A DNA stretch of 30,518 bases from a virus. Taxonomy: Duplodnaviria > Caudoviricetes. The notes beneath the pieces were generated by a model. It was given only the letters and a program-made list of their open reading frames with translations. It was not told where the DNA came from and did no database searches. This document shows positions 15,053 to 23,688 of this stretch, in pieces. The stretch is from positions 1 through 30,518 of the IMG/VR virus record IMGVR_UViG_3300032237_000798, one strand, 5' to 3'. The translations under genes and the position numbers were made by a program. Position 1 is the first letter of the stretch, and each line of letters opens with the position of its first letter.

Positions 15053-15855
15053 AAACAAAATTTAATTTAGTAGGAGATACTTTCACACATCTCACGAATG
15101 GAAATAAAGGGTATTCAGTTCACGGTAAACAATCAAAATATATTGAATGGGTAAAGGATGGTAGTGGAGAAGTAACCTTCTACATTGATAGTACTCTTGC
15201 CCAAGCTGAAATTGATGATACTCCTGGACCAAAATATGGATGGTTACTTGAATCAAAGTATATTACTCCTCAAATTGTAAATCATGTAAAGATGTTTCCT
15301 GAGAAGTATTTGGAAACGTTTGATGCTATCTTTACGCATAATCAGGAACTTCTTGCTCTTGATCCTAAATTTAAGTGGTGTCCTGCTCAAGGTTTTTGGA
15401 TTAAAGAACCAAAGATTTATGAGAAAACTAAGATGATTTCTATGATCTCATCTAATAAAACTATGTGTGATGGACATCGCCTTCGCCTTGAGTGGGTAGA
15501 TAGGTTGTGGGGTCAAGTTGATATGTATGGTAGAGGATTTAAAGAGATTGAAAATAAAGAAGAGGGTCTCTGTGATTATATGTTCTCTGTGGCGATTGAA
15601 AATGGCCAATACGAAACTTACTTCACAGAAAAACTTTTAGACTGTTTTGCAACAGGTACAATTCCTGTTTATCTTGGTGCTCCAGATATTGGAAATTATT
15701 TCAATAAAGATGGAATTGTTGATCTCACTGATGAGTTTGAGGTTTCTGATGAGATTTATTACAGTAAAATGGATGCTATGAAAGAAAATTTTGAGAAAGC
15801 AAAGGAGATGGAAGTGTTAGAAGATTTTCTTTGGTTAAAATATTTTGGTAAGTGA
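15049..15855 (+). CDS. GT10 (alpha-1,3/4-fucosyltransferase-like) glycosyltransferase
   Basis: DYMFSVAIENG..ETYFTEKLLDCFATGTIPVYLG matches the alpha-1,3-FucT signature. Confidence 0.8.
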   Translation: MKTKFNLVGDTFTHLTNGNKGYSVHGKQSKYIEWVKDGSGEVTFYIDSTLAQAEIDDTPGPKYGWLLESKYITPQIVNHVKMFPEKYLETFDAIFTHNQELLALDPKFKWCPAQGFWIKEPKIYEKTKMISMISSNKTMCDGHRLRLEWVDRLWGQVDMYGRGFKEIENKEEGLCDYMFSVAIENGQYETYFTEKLLDCFATGTIPVYLGAPDIGNYFNKDGIVDLTDEFEVSDEIYYSKMDAMKENFEKAKEMEVLEDFLWLKYFGK

Positions 15856-15856
15856 T

Positions 15857-16501
15857 ATGAGAAATTACTTTAAAAGTTACCACACACTAAAACATTCTTT
15901 TAATAATTCTGATATTATTGAAAATAATTGCTCGCAAGCATATCAAGATCTTTTTACTCTTTCTGTTCTTGACGGAAAAACTAACGGTCGATATGTTGAA
16001 ATTGGAGCAGAAAATCCAGTTGATATTAATAATACAATTTTGCTAGAAGGTTTTGGTTGGGAAGGTTATAGTTTAGAGATAAGTAGAAACTGGGAAAACA
16101 ATTGGAAAAACATTAGAAAAAATGAGTTAATCATTTATGATGGAACTAAGTTTGATCATAGAAGTAAACTAAAAGAATTAAATTGGAATCAAATTGATTA
16201 CTTGCAGGTTGACACTGAACCACCAGAGACAACTTTAAAATGTTTGTATAACTTTCCTTTTGATGAAGTTAAAGTTTCTGTGATAACATATGAAACTGAT
16301 GTTTATTCTGGAAACGACGTTCCTCAAATTGAATCAAGAAAACATCTAAAGAATTTTGGATATGAATTGGTTTGTAGTAATGTTTGTTATTCTGGGAATG
16401 CTTTTGAGGATTGGTATGTTAATCCTGAATTAGTAGATTCAAAAATGTGGGAAAAGTTTAGATGCGATAATGTTGAAGCATCTAAAATATTTGTACTTTA
16501 A
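15857..16501 (+). CDS. SAM-dependent methyltransferase, FkbM-like
   Basis: SQAYQD, YVEIGA..P...NNT.LLE.FGWEG, IDYLQVDTE and FEDWYV. ATG at 15857 preferred over TTG at 15845. Confidence 0.75.
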   Translation: MRNYFKSYHTLKHSFNNSDIIENNCSQAYQDLFTLSVLDGKTNGRYVEIGAENPVDINNTILLEGFGWEGYSLEISRNWENNWKNIRKNELIIYDGTKFDHRSKLKELNWNQIDYLQVDTEPPETTLKCLYNFPFDEVKVSVITYETDVYSGNDVPQIESRKHLKNFGYELVCSNVCYSGNAFEDWYVNPELVDSKMWEKFRCDNVEASKIFVL

Positions 16502-16521
16502 TAAATTTTAAGGAGATAAAA

Positions 16522-17118
16522 ATGTATTTAACTTTCGATAATACTGATTATGAGGATAGGTGGTTTAAAATTACTCCAGCACATTCTGGTCCATATTTGT
16601 ATTGTTCATATTCTATAGATTTATTTAAAGATCTTTCTGATGGTTGTGTAAATTTTGTTGAAACCGGAACAGGACCTGGTGGAGGTCTTTTTCATGCTTT
16701 TAAAGTTGGATTTGAAAACTATTATAGCGTCGATATAGATTCAAAATTTTATAATGATTGTATGTATGTTTTTGAAGAATATGATAATGTGAATTTGTCA
16801 CAAGGAGAATCTTATGATGCACTTGAAATTTGGTTGAAGGATATTGATACTAAATGTATGTTTTGGTTAGATGCTCATCCAAATAATCCGGGTGAAACCT
16901 CACTTCCCAATAAAATTCTTTTTGCAGAGTTAGAAGCAATTAAAAACCATCCTTACAAAGAACACACAATTTTAATTGATAATATTCCAGAATATTTTAT
17001 GCAATCTTTGGATGAAATTAAACAAAAACTTTTAGAAATTAATCCAAATTATAAAATTGAATTACGAACAGGAACTGTTGGTAGACCAGATTATGTTTTA
17101 TGTGCATTTATTAATTAA
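16522..17118 (+). CDS. class I SAM-dependent methyltransferase-like protein
   Basis: FVETGT..G, YSVDID, FWLDAH and ILIDN; RBS AGGAG. Confidence 0.7.
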   Translation: MYLTFDNTDYEDRWFKITPAHSGPYLYCSYSIDLFKDLSDGCVNFVETGTGPGGGLFHAFKVGFENYYSVDIDSKFYNDCMYVFEEYDNVNLSQGESYDALEIWLKDIDTKCMFWLDAHPNNPGETSLPNKILFAELEAIKNHPYKEHTILIDNIPEYFMQSLDEIKQKLLEINPNYKIELRTGTVGRPDYVLCAFIN

Positions 17119-17144
17119 TAAAATTTAATATAGGAGAAATAAAA

Positions 17145-17921
17145 ATGAGTATGCTTGGTCCTTATGCTTCTTGGAATAAAGAAACTGGTTATGCAGTTTG
17201 GGACAATCCAACAGCAGAATATATTGGAATATTTGAAAGAATTAATGTAAAACCAACAGGAGTTATACATGTTGGTTTGTGGGACTTTATTGAGTATGGA
17301 TGTTATACTAAACTTTTTGGAAACAACGTAATTGGTATTGAAGCAAATCCAAACATTTATCAAAACATGTCAAAACCAGTTGCTGATAAATGGGGATTTA
17401 AAATTTTCAATGAGTTCGTTTATCGAGAAGATGACTGTGTAAAGAATTTTTATTTTGCTGAATATGGGTCAAGTTTTTATCCAGGATTACCCGAGTGGAA
17501 TAAAGTAAATTCTATTAAAGTTAAAACCAAAACTTTATCAACTTTGATTGAAGAAAATAATATTGATATGAATAATTATGATTTTTTAAATATTGATGTT
17601 GAAGGTGCAGAACTTGATGTTCTAATTGGATTTGAAAAGCATCTTGACTATATCAATGTTATTGATATAGAAACATCTTTAGATGATAGATGTAAAAGTG
17701 GAGCTTCTCATGATGTAATTGTTGAATGGTTAGGAAAAAGGGGGTTTGATCTGAAGGAAATGTCATCATCTTATAGTAATCAGTTCTGGGGAGATTCGTT
17801 ATTTGTTAGAAATAATAGAGACCTTACTCCATTTATAGATGGAAATGCTGGAGTTGAACTTTTTGGTGAAGATTATCTGGCAAAAAATTGGGATACATAT
17901 CCCTTTAATAAGTGGAAATAA
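17145..17921 (+). CDS. FkbM-family methyltransferase
   Basis: GVIHVG, IGIEANP, DFLNIDVEGAELDVL.G and WGDSLF. Confidence 0.8.
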   Translation: MSMLGPYASWNKETGYAVWDNPTAEYIGIFERINVKPTGVIHVGLWDFIEYGCYTKLFGNNVIGIEANPNIYQNMSKPVADKWGFKIFNEFVYREDDCVKNFYFAEYGSSFYPGLPEWNKVNSIKVKTKTLSTLIEENNIDMNNYDFLNIDVEGAELDVLIGFEKHLDYINVIDIETSLDDRCKSGASHDVIVEWLGKRGFDLKEMSSSYSNQFWGDSLFVRNNRDLTPFIDGNAGVELFGEDYLAKNWDTYPFNKWK

Positions 17922-17934
17922 TCTGAGGAAAAAA

Positions 17935-18303
17935 ATGAAAATTGAAGTTTCAGTTGGTGAAATTGTTGATAAGATGACGATTCTTGAAATCAAAAAAGAA
18001 AATTGTGATAGTGAACAAAAACTTAAAAATATCGAGTATGAATTAAATTATCTTACTCCAATTGTAGAAAAACTTAATATTCCTCAGAATTTAATTGACT
18101 CTCTGAGAAAAGTTAATAAAATAATCTGGGATGTTGAGGACAATATTCGCAATTGTGAGAAGAATAAAGTTTTTGATGAAACTTTTATTCAACTTGCGAG
18201 AAATGTGTATCATAATAATGACCAAAGATTTTATGTAAAGAATGAAATTAATCAACTAACAAACAGTCAAATTAAAGAAGAAAAAATTCTTCCCAAATAT
18301 TAA
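17935..18303 (+). CDS. DUF6165-like helical protein
   Basis: MKIEVSVGEIVDKMTILEIKK, L..VN..IWDVED.IR and F..LAR.VY..ND.R...K..IN. ATG at 17935 follows GAGG. Confidence 0.75.
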   Translation: MKIEVSVGEIVDKMTILEIKKENCDSEQKLKNIEYELNYLTPIVEKLNIPQNLIDSLRKVNKIIWDVEDNIRNCEKNKVFDETFIQLARNVYHNNDQRFYVKNEINQLTNSQIKEEKILPKY

Positions 18304-18323
18304 TAAATTTATAGAGAAAAATA

Positions 18324-18962
18324 ATGGGACAATTAAATCAAGCAATTCAAATTAAAAATGTTATTGACTTTTATAAAGTAGAAAATTTAATTGAAACTGG
18401 AACTGGCAAAGCTGAAGTTGTCAGAGATGTTTCTTGTATAAATCAAAACTTGAATATTCATACTATTGAAATTATTGAACCTTTGTATGAAAAAAATAAA
18501 ATAAATTTTAGTTATTTAAAAAATGTAAATTGGCACTTAGGATCTTCAGTAGATGTGCTTCCCAAAATTCTTCCTAGTTTAGTGGGTAATACTTTATTTT
18601 GGATGGATGCACATTTTCCAGGAGCAGATTTTGGATTTGCTTCTTATGAAGATGAAAAAGATCATGATAAAAGACTTCCATTAAAAAAAGAACTTGAAGT
18701 TATTTTAACGAATAAAGATATTACAAATGATATTTTTGTTCTTGATGATCTTTGGATTTATGAGGATGGTCCATATGAAACAGGTAACTGGGAAAAAAGA
18801 TCCACTTGTGGATCTGATAACATAGACTTTGTTAATGAGTTTTTTGAAAATACTCATTATATAATTCGTTCATACAATGCTCAAGGATTTATTATTCTTT
18901 TTCCTCTGAGTTTGGATATTTCTGATGAAGTTGAAAAATTAGTTGTTGGGTCTGTATCCTAA
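18324..18962 (+). CDS. class I SAM-dependent methyltransferase-like protein (paralog of 16522..17118)
   Basis: LIETGT, HTIEI, FWMDAHF and FVLDD. Confidence 0.7.
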   Translation: MGQLNQAIQIKNVIDFYKVENLIETGTGKAEVVRDVSCINQNLNIHTIEIIEPLYEKNKINFSYLKNVNWHLGSSVDVLPKILPSLVGNTLFWMDAHFPGADFGFASYEDEKDHDKRLPLKKELEVILTNKDITNDIFVLDDLWIYEDGPYETGNWEKRSTCGSDNIDFVNEFFENTHYIIRSYNAQGFIILFPLSLDISDEVEKLVVGSVS

Positions 18963-19819
18963 TGAATAAAAAAATTCTTGTATCTACTTGGTGTACAGAT
19001 GATTATTCTGAACTTTTGGGGGTTGAAAAACTTGTTAACTCCTTGAAGTATTTTCATCCAGAAATTGATCATGTCATTTTTGATAGTAAAATGACACAAG
19101 AAGTTTATGGTAAATATCCTTGGATGAAACCAATATGGATGATGGCTCCTTCTTGTATGCCTTTCATTGAAGATTATGATATGGTGGTGCATTTAGACGC
19201 TGATGTAGTCATTACTGGTCCAATGGATGAATTTTTTAATAGCACTGCTGACGTTGTTGGTGTTAGAAATAACAATACCTTTGATAAAGCAGGGTCTCAT
19301 AATGGAATTACGATACATCATCTTGAACCATTTGGTAATAATACACTAATACCAATTCAAGGTTTTATTAATGCGGGTTTAGTTGGAGTGAATAGGAAAG
19401 AATTTTGGTATGATTGGCACAACTTAAATGAAGAATCTGCACGTATTAAAACAGAAGTAAATCCTTATGCTCATGGTATCGGTGATGAAAATGATACACT
19501 AAATCAATTATTTCATTGGGAAAAATATAACTCAGAAATAATTGATCCTATTGGTTCTAAAGTTTCTTATGGCCTTTCAAATATTTGGGGAACTGATCAT
19601 TCCAATCATTGGGAAAGTTGGAAAAAACTATATGTAAAAGATGACCAGTTGTGTATTGACGATCCTGTAAATGGTGATAGAATGGTAGTGAAAGTATTGC
19701 ATCAAGCTGGTGGATCTTTAGCGGCAGAAATAAATAAATCTAACGGAGGTTTCCGTAAATGGTTTAGAACTGCTGTGAGCGAAGAAGCACTGGACTATAT
19801 TGATAAAATTACAAAATAA
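18962..19819 (+). CDS. GT-A fold glycosyltransferase, GT8-like
   Basis: VVHLDADV (DxD), FINAGL, DENDTLN and VLHQAG. Confidence 0.65.
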   Translation: MNKKILVSTWCTDDYSELLGVEKLVNSLKYFHPEIDHVIFDSKMTQEVYGKYPWMKPIWMMAPSCMPFIEDYDMVVHLDADVVITGPMDEFFNSTADVVGVRNNNTFDKAGSHNGITIHHLEPFGNNTLIPIQGFINAGLVGVNRKEFWYDWHNLNEESARIKTEVNPYAHGIGDENDTLNQLFHWEKYNSEIIDPIGSKVSYGLSNIWGTDHSNHWESWKKLYVKDDQLCIDDPVNGDRMVVKVLHQAGGSLAAEINKSNGGFRKWFRTAVSEEALDYIDKITK

Positions 19820-19830
19820 ACTTTTCATTT

Positions 19831-21138
19831 ATGAGCAACATTAACAGTTTAATTAAAGATTTTCTTGGTAACCTTTCTTCTACTGAAGAAAATCTTTTTC
19901 CATATCTTGCCAATAGTGGGAAATTTACTCCTGGCGAAACTCCCGTTTATTATTCTGGACCATATTGGACAAATGATGAAATTGAAGTTATCTTGAAGTC
20001 TTTTCTTGCGGGGAAATGGCTTGCTTCTGGTGAAGAAGTTAATAAATTTGAGACAAAATTTTCTAAAAAGTTTAATAAAAAATATTCTTTGATGGTGAAT
20101 TCTGGTAGTTCTGCAAATTTGATTATGTTTGCTGCACTTAAACAAAGATTTGGGTGGAGGGATGGTGATGAAATCATTGTATCTTGTGTTGGATTTCCTA
20201 CAACTATTGCTCCAATTGTTCAGTGTGGACTGAAACCAGTTTTCGTTGACATTGATTTTAGTGACCTCAATTGGGATATTAATGAGATTGAAGATAAAAT
20301 TACTACCCGTACACGCGGTATTATTTCTTCTCCTGTTCTTGGTAACCCTTATGATTATGATCAAATTGTTGACATCTGTGAGAGAAATAAGATTTATTTG
20401 ATTTCGGATAATTGCGATTCTCTTGGAAGCAAATGGGATGGCAATTATCTTACAGATAAATCAATTGCTGCATCTTGTTCTTTTTATCCTGCTCACCACA
20501 TTTGTACTGGCGAAGGTGGAATGGTATCGAGTGATGATGAAGAACTAATTACAATTGCCCGTAGTCTGGCATGGTGGGGCCGTGATTGTTATTGTGTAGG
20601 AGCACAAAATCTTTTGTCTTGTGGAGTCTGCGGAAAAAGATTTGATAAATGGATTGAGAAATATGATGGCATCATTGACCATAAGTATGTTTATAGTCAA
20701 ATGGGTTATAATCTTAAACCAATGGATTTTCAGGGTGCAATTGGATCTGTTCAGATTGAAAAATTTGACGAAATTCATTATCGTCGAAGATTGAATAAGT
20801 CTTCAATTCAAGAACACTTTGAAAAAATTCCAGGTGTTCGTGGTGTTAATGAACTTCCTAAAGCAGAAACAAGTTGGTTTGGTGTTCCTATTATTTGTGA
20901 TAGTAGGGAGACAAAAAATAAATTGACTCAATATTTGGAATCTAATAAGATTCAAACCAGAAACTATTTTGCCGGCAATATTCTTATGCATCCTGGTTAC
21001 AGTCACCTTGATTACTATAAGAATTATCCAAATGCATGTAAGGTTCTTGACCTTGTTTTCTTCGTTGGATGTTCGCCAACGATTACAGAGGAAATGATTG
21101 ATTATATTGGAACAGTAACTTCTTCTTTTAAAAAATGA
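19831..21138 (+). CDS. rfbH: CDP-4-keto-6-deoxyglucose 3-dehydratase E1 (RfbH/DdhC/AscC)-like
   Basis: VNSGSSANL, DNCDSLG, SFYPAHHICTGEGG (His for Lys), Cys motif WGRDCYC...CG.CGKRF, DHKYVYS.MGYNLK and TRNYFAGNI. Confidence 0.85.
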   Translation: MSNINSLIKDFLGNLSSTEENLFPYLANSGKFTPGETPVYYSGPYWTNDEIEVILKSFLAGKWLASGEEVNKFETKFSKKFNKKYSLMVNSGSSANLIMFAALKQRFGWRDGDEIIVSCVGFPTTIAPIVQCGLKPVFVDIDFSDLNWDINEIEDKITTRTRGIISSPVLGNPYDYDQIVDICERNKIYLISDNCDSLGSKWDGNYLTDKSIAASCSFYPAHHICTGEGGMVSSDDEELITIARSLAWWGRDCYCVGAQNLLSCGVCGKRFDKWIEKYDGIIDHKYVYSQMGYNLKPMDFQGAIGSVQIEKFDEIHYRRRLNKSSIQEHFEKIPGVRGVNELPKAETSWFGVPIICDSRETKNKLTQYLESNKIQTRNYFAGNILMHPGYSHLDYYKNYPNACKVLDLVFFVGCSPTITEEMIDYIGTVTSSFKK

Positions 21139-22820
21139 GAGTAGCAGATTATATTATTGACCAAATCTATAAGACTGGATGCGAACACATCTTTCTTGTG
21201 ACTGGTGGTGGAGCAATGTATTTAAATGATGCTATTGTTGCTCATCAAAAAATTAAACCAATTTGCAATCATCACGAACAATCTTGTGCTATGGGTGCAG
21301 TTTCTTATGCAAAATATAATAATAGTATTAGTGCTGTTTGTTTAACTACTGGATGTGGCGGAACAAATGCTATTACTGGACTTCTTGATGCTTGGCAGGA
21401 TAGTGTTCCTGTTATTTTTGTATCGGGTAATGTAAATAGAGCACATATGTCACCAGATGGCGTTAGGAATCTTGGTGTTCAAGAGGCCAATATTATAGAC
21501 TTGGTAGCACCAATCACAAAGATGGCATGTGTTGTTCATAATCCAGAAGACATTTTTGAGATAATGAAAGATGCAATTCATATTGCAACAACTGGGCGCC
21601 CCGGACCTGTCTGGATTGATGTTCCTATGGATGTTCAGGGATCCCCATGCTTTAGTATTGAAGAGGAAATTCAAAATGCTGAAAGACCATTAATACTTGC
21701 TGGCAACGGCATTAATTGTGCGGATGCAAAATTTGACTTTAGGGAGTTTGTAAATAGAACTAATATTCCTGTAGTAACTTCATATAATGGCGTTGATTTA
21801 ATTCAATCAGATGATTCAAATTTTGTAGGCAGAGTTGGTATTAAGGGCACCCGAGCAGGTAATTTTGCAATGCAGAACTGTGATTTATTACTTGTAATTG
21901 GTTGTCGATTGCCTGTTCCTGTTACTGGATATGACTACTCTACTTTTGCCAGAGAAGCAAAAGTCATTGTTGTTGATATTGATAGGGATGAGCATTTGAA
22001 AGATACTGTAAAAATTGATAAGTTCATTCATTCTGATGCAAAAGATTTCTTGCAAAAAAGTATCTTTAATAGAAAAAGAACTAAATGGAATGAAACTTGT
22101 CTTCGTTGGAGAAGTGAGTGGGCTATTTGTCCAGAAAAAAATCCATCTAAAAAAGTGGATTTATATTACTTTACGCATTGTCTCAATAAACTTAAAAGAT
22201 TTGACGATGTTGTAATCTCAGATGCTGGGTCTGCATACTACGTTTGTTCTCAAGCAACTGCAATTAAAGATAATCAAAGATATATTACTTCCAGTGCTCA
22301 AGCAGAAATGGGATTTACTATTCCTGCTTGCATCGGTGCTGCTTTTGCAAAGGGTTCTGATGTGATTGGAATTACTGGTGATGGTTCTTTTATGATGAAT
22401 CTTCAAGAACTTCAAACTATTGCACACTATAATCTTCCTGTTAAATTATTTGTTTGGAATAACGATGGATATCTTTCTATCAGAACCACTCAAAAGAAAT
22501 TTTTTGAGGGAAGAGAGATTGGAACTGATGCAGAAAGTGGAGTATCAATTCCAAATATTCGTAAAGTGGTTGAAAGTTTTGGAATTAAATATGCTTATGC
22601 TGATGTTGAAGGATTAGAAGATACAATCAAATATGCTTTAGATTATAATGGCCCCATAGTTTGTGAAGTCATTTGTGAAAAATGGCAAGAGGTTGTACCT
22701 ACATTGATGGGCAAAAAAAATGATGATGGAACTATTACTGCCAAACCTCTTGAAGATATGTACCCCTTCTTGACTAGAGAAGAGTTTTATGATAACATGA
22801 TAATTAAGTACTTGGATTGA
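21135..22820 (+). CDS. ThDP-dependent acetolactate-synthase-like enzyme (YerE-like carboligase)
   Basis: VTGGGAMYLND, HHEQ, TTGCGGTN.ITG, GRPGPVWIDVP.DVQ, ThDP motif GDGS...NNDGY and KPLEDMYP. Confidence 0.85.
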   Translation: MRVADYIIDQIYKTGCEHIFLVTGGGAMYLNDAIVAHQKIKPICNHHEQSCAMGAVSYAKYNNSISAVCLTTGCGGTNAITGLLDAWQDSVPVIFVSGNVNRAHMSPDGVRNLGVQEANIIDLVAPITKMACVVHNPEDIFEIMKDAIHIATTGRPGPVWIDVPMDVQGSPCFSIEEEIQNAERPLILAGNGINCADAKFDFREFVNRTNIPVVTSYNGVDLIQSDDSNFVGRVGIKGTRAGNFAMQNCDLLLVIGCRLPVPVTGYDYSTFAREAKVIVVDIDRDEHLKDTVKIDKFIHSDAKDFLQKSIFNRKRTKWNETCLRWRSEWAICPEKNPSKKVDLYYFTHCLNKLKRFDDVVISDAGSAYYVCSQATAIKDNQRYITSSAQAEMGFTIPACIGAAFAKGSDVIGITGDGSFMMNLQELQTIAHYNLPVKLFVWNNDGYLSIRTTQKKFFEGREIGTDAESGVSIPNIRKVVESFGIKYAYADVEGLEDTIKYALDYNGPIVCEVICEKWQEVVPTLMGKKNDDGTITAKPLEDMYPFLTREEFYDNMIIKYLD

Positions 22821-22821
22821 T

Positions 22822-23688
22822 ATGCCTGCTGATAATAAAGATAAGGTAACTATTTTAAAGTTACAAAAACAAAAACAAAATAAAGTAAAAACCGTAGGTG
22901 TTACTGCATACGATTATCCACAAGCACTGATGGCAGATAATGCAGGTGTTGATTGGATACTTGTTGGAGATTCTCTTGGTATGACAACACTAGGATATAA
23001 AACAACAATTCCAGTAACTATGGATGATATGTTGCGTTCTGCCAAAGCAGTTTCGCGTGGAGTTAATCGTGCATTTACTGTGGGGGATCTTCCTTATATG
23101 TCATACCAAATTTCAAATGAGGATGCCGTCACGAATGCCGGTGCTTTTATTCAGGCAGGAATGGATGCTGTTAAGGTGGAAGGTTGCATGGTAGAACGAA
23201 TAAAGGCAATTTGTGATGCTGGCATTATGGTAATGAGTCATCTTGGTTTGACTCCACACACTCGTGCAAAACTTGGTGGATATAAAGTTCAGGGTAAAAC
23301 AGCAGATCAAGCAAAAGTTATTCTTGACCAAGCACTTCGCCTTCAAGATGCTGGATGTTCTTTTCTTCTTCTTGAAGCAATGCCAAGAGAGTCTGCTGCA
23401 ATGATTGCAGAATCTCTTGAAATTCCAGTTTATGGAATTGGTGCTGGTGACAAAGTAGATGGTCAGTTGGTTATTATGCATGATTTGATTGGATTATTCT
23501 GGGAGTTTAAATCTAAATTTGTAAAAAGATATTGTGAAGCAGGACAACTTATTCAATCTGCTCTTACTGATTATGTAAATGAAGTTCGTGATCTTCAGTT
23601 TCCTGCACAAGAGAATTTTTATGAAATTAAAGATGATGAACTTGAAAAATTATTAAGTAATTCTAGTTGGAAATATGAAAAAAGGTAA
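22822..23688 (+). CDS. panB: 3-methyl-2-oxobutanoate hydroxymethyltransferase (PanB family)
   Basis: TAYD, LVGDSLGM, GDLPYMSY, VKVEG, HLGLTP, GGYKVQGK, GIGAG and DGQ....HDL.G. Confidence 0.93.
   Translation: MPADNKDKVTILKLQKQKQNKVKTVGVTAYDYPQALMADNAGVDWILVGDSLGMTTLGYKTTIPVTMDDMLRSAKAVSRGVNRAFTVGDLPYMSYQISNEDAVTNAGAFIQAGMDAVKVEGCMVERIKAICDAGIMVMSHLGLTPHTRAKLGGYKVQGKTADQAKVILDQALRLQDAGCSFLLLEAMPRESAAMIAESLEIPVYGIGAGDKVDGQLVIMHDLIGLFWEFKSKFVKRYCEAGQLIQSALTDYVNEVRDLQFPAQENFYEIKDDELEKLLSNSSWKYEKR

Noticed and set aside
21135-23688. Branched-chain amino acid or pantothenate operon
   Set aside because: No ilvH, ilvC, ilvD, panC, panD or panE in the window; the genes are coupled to sugar-modifying enzymes instead.
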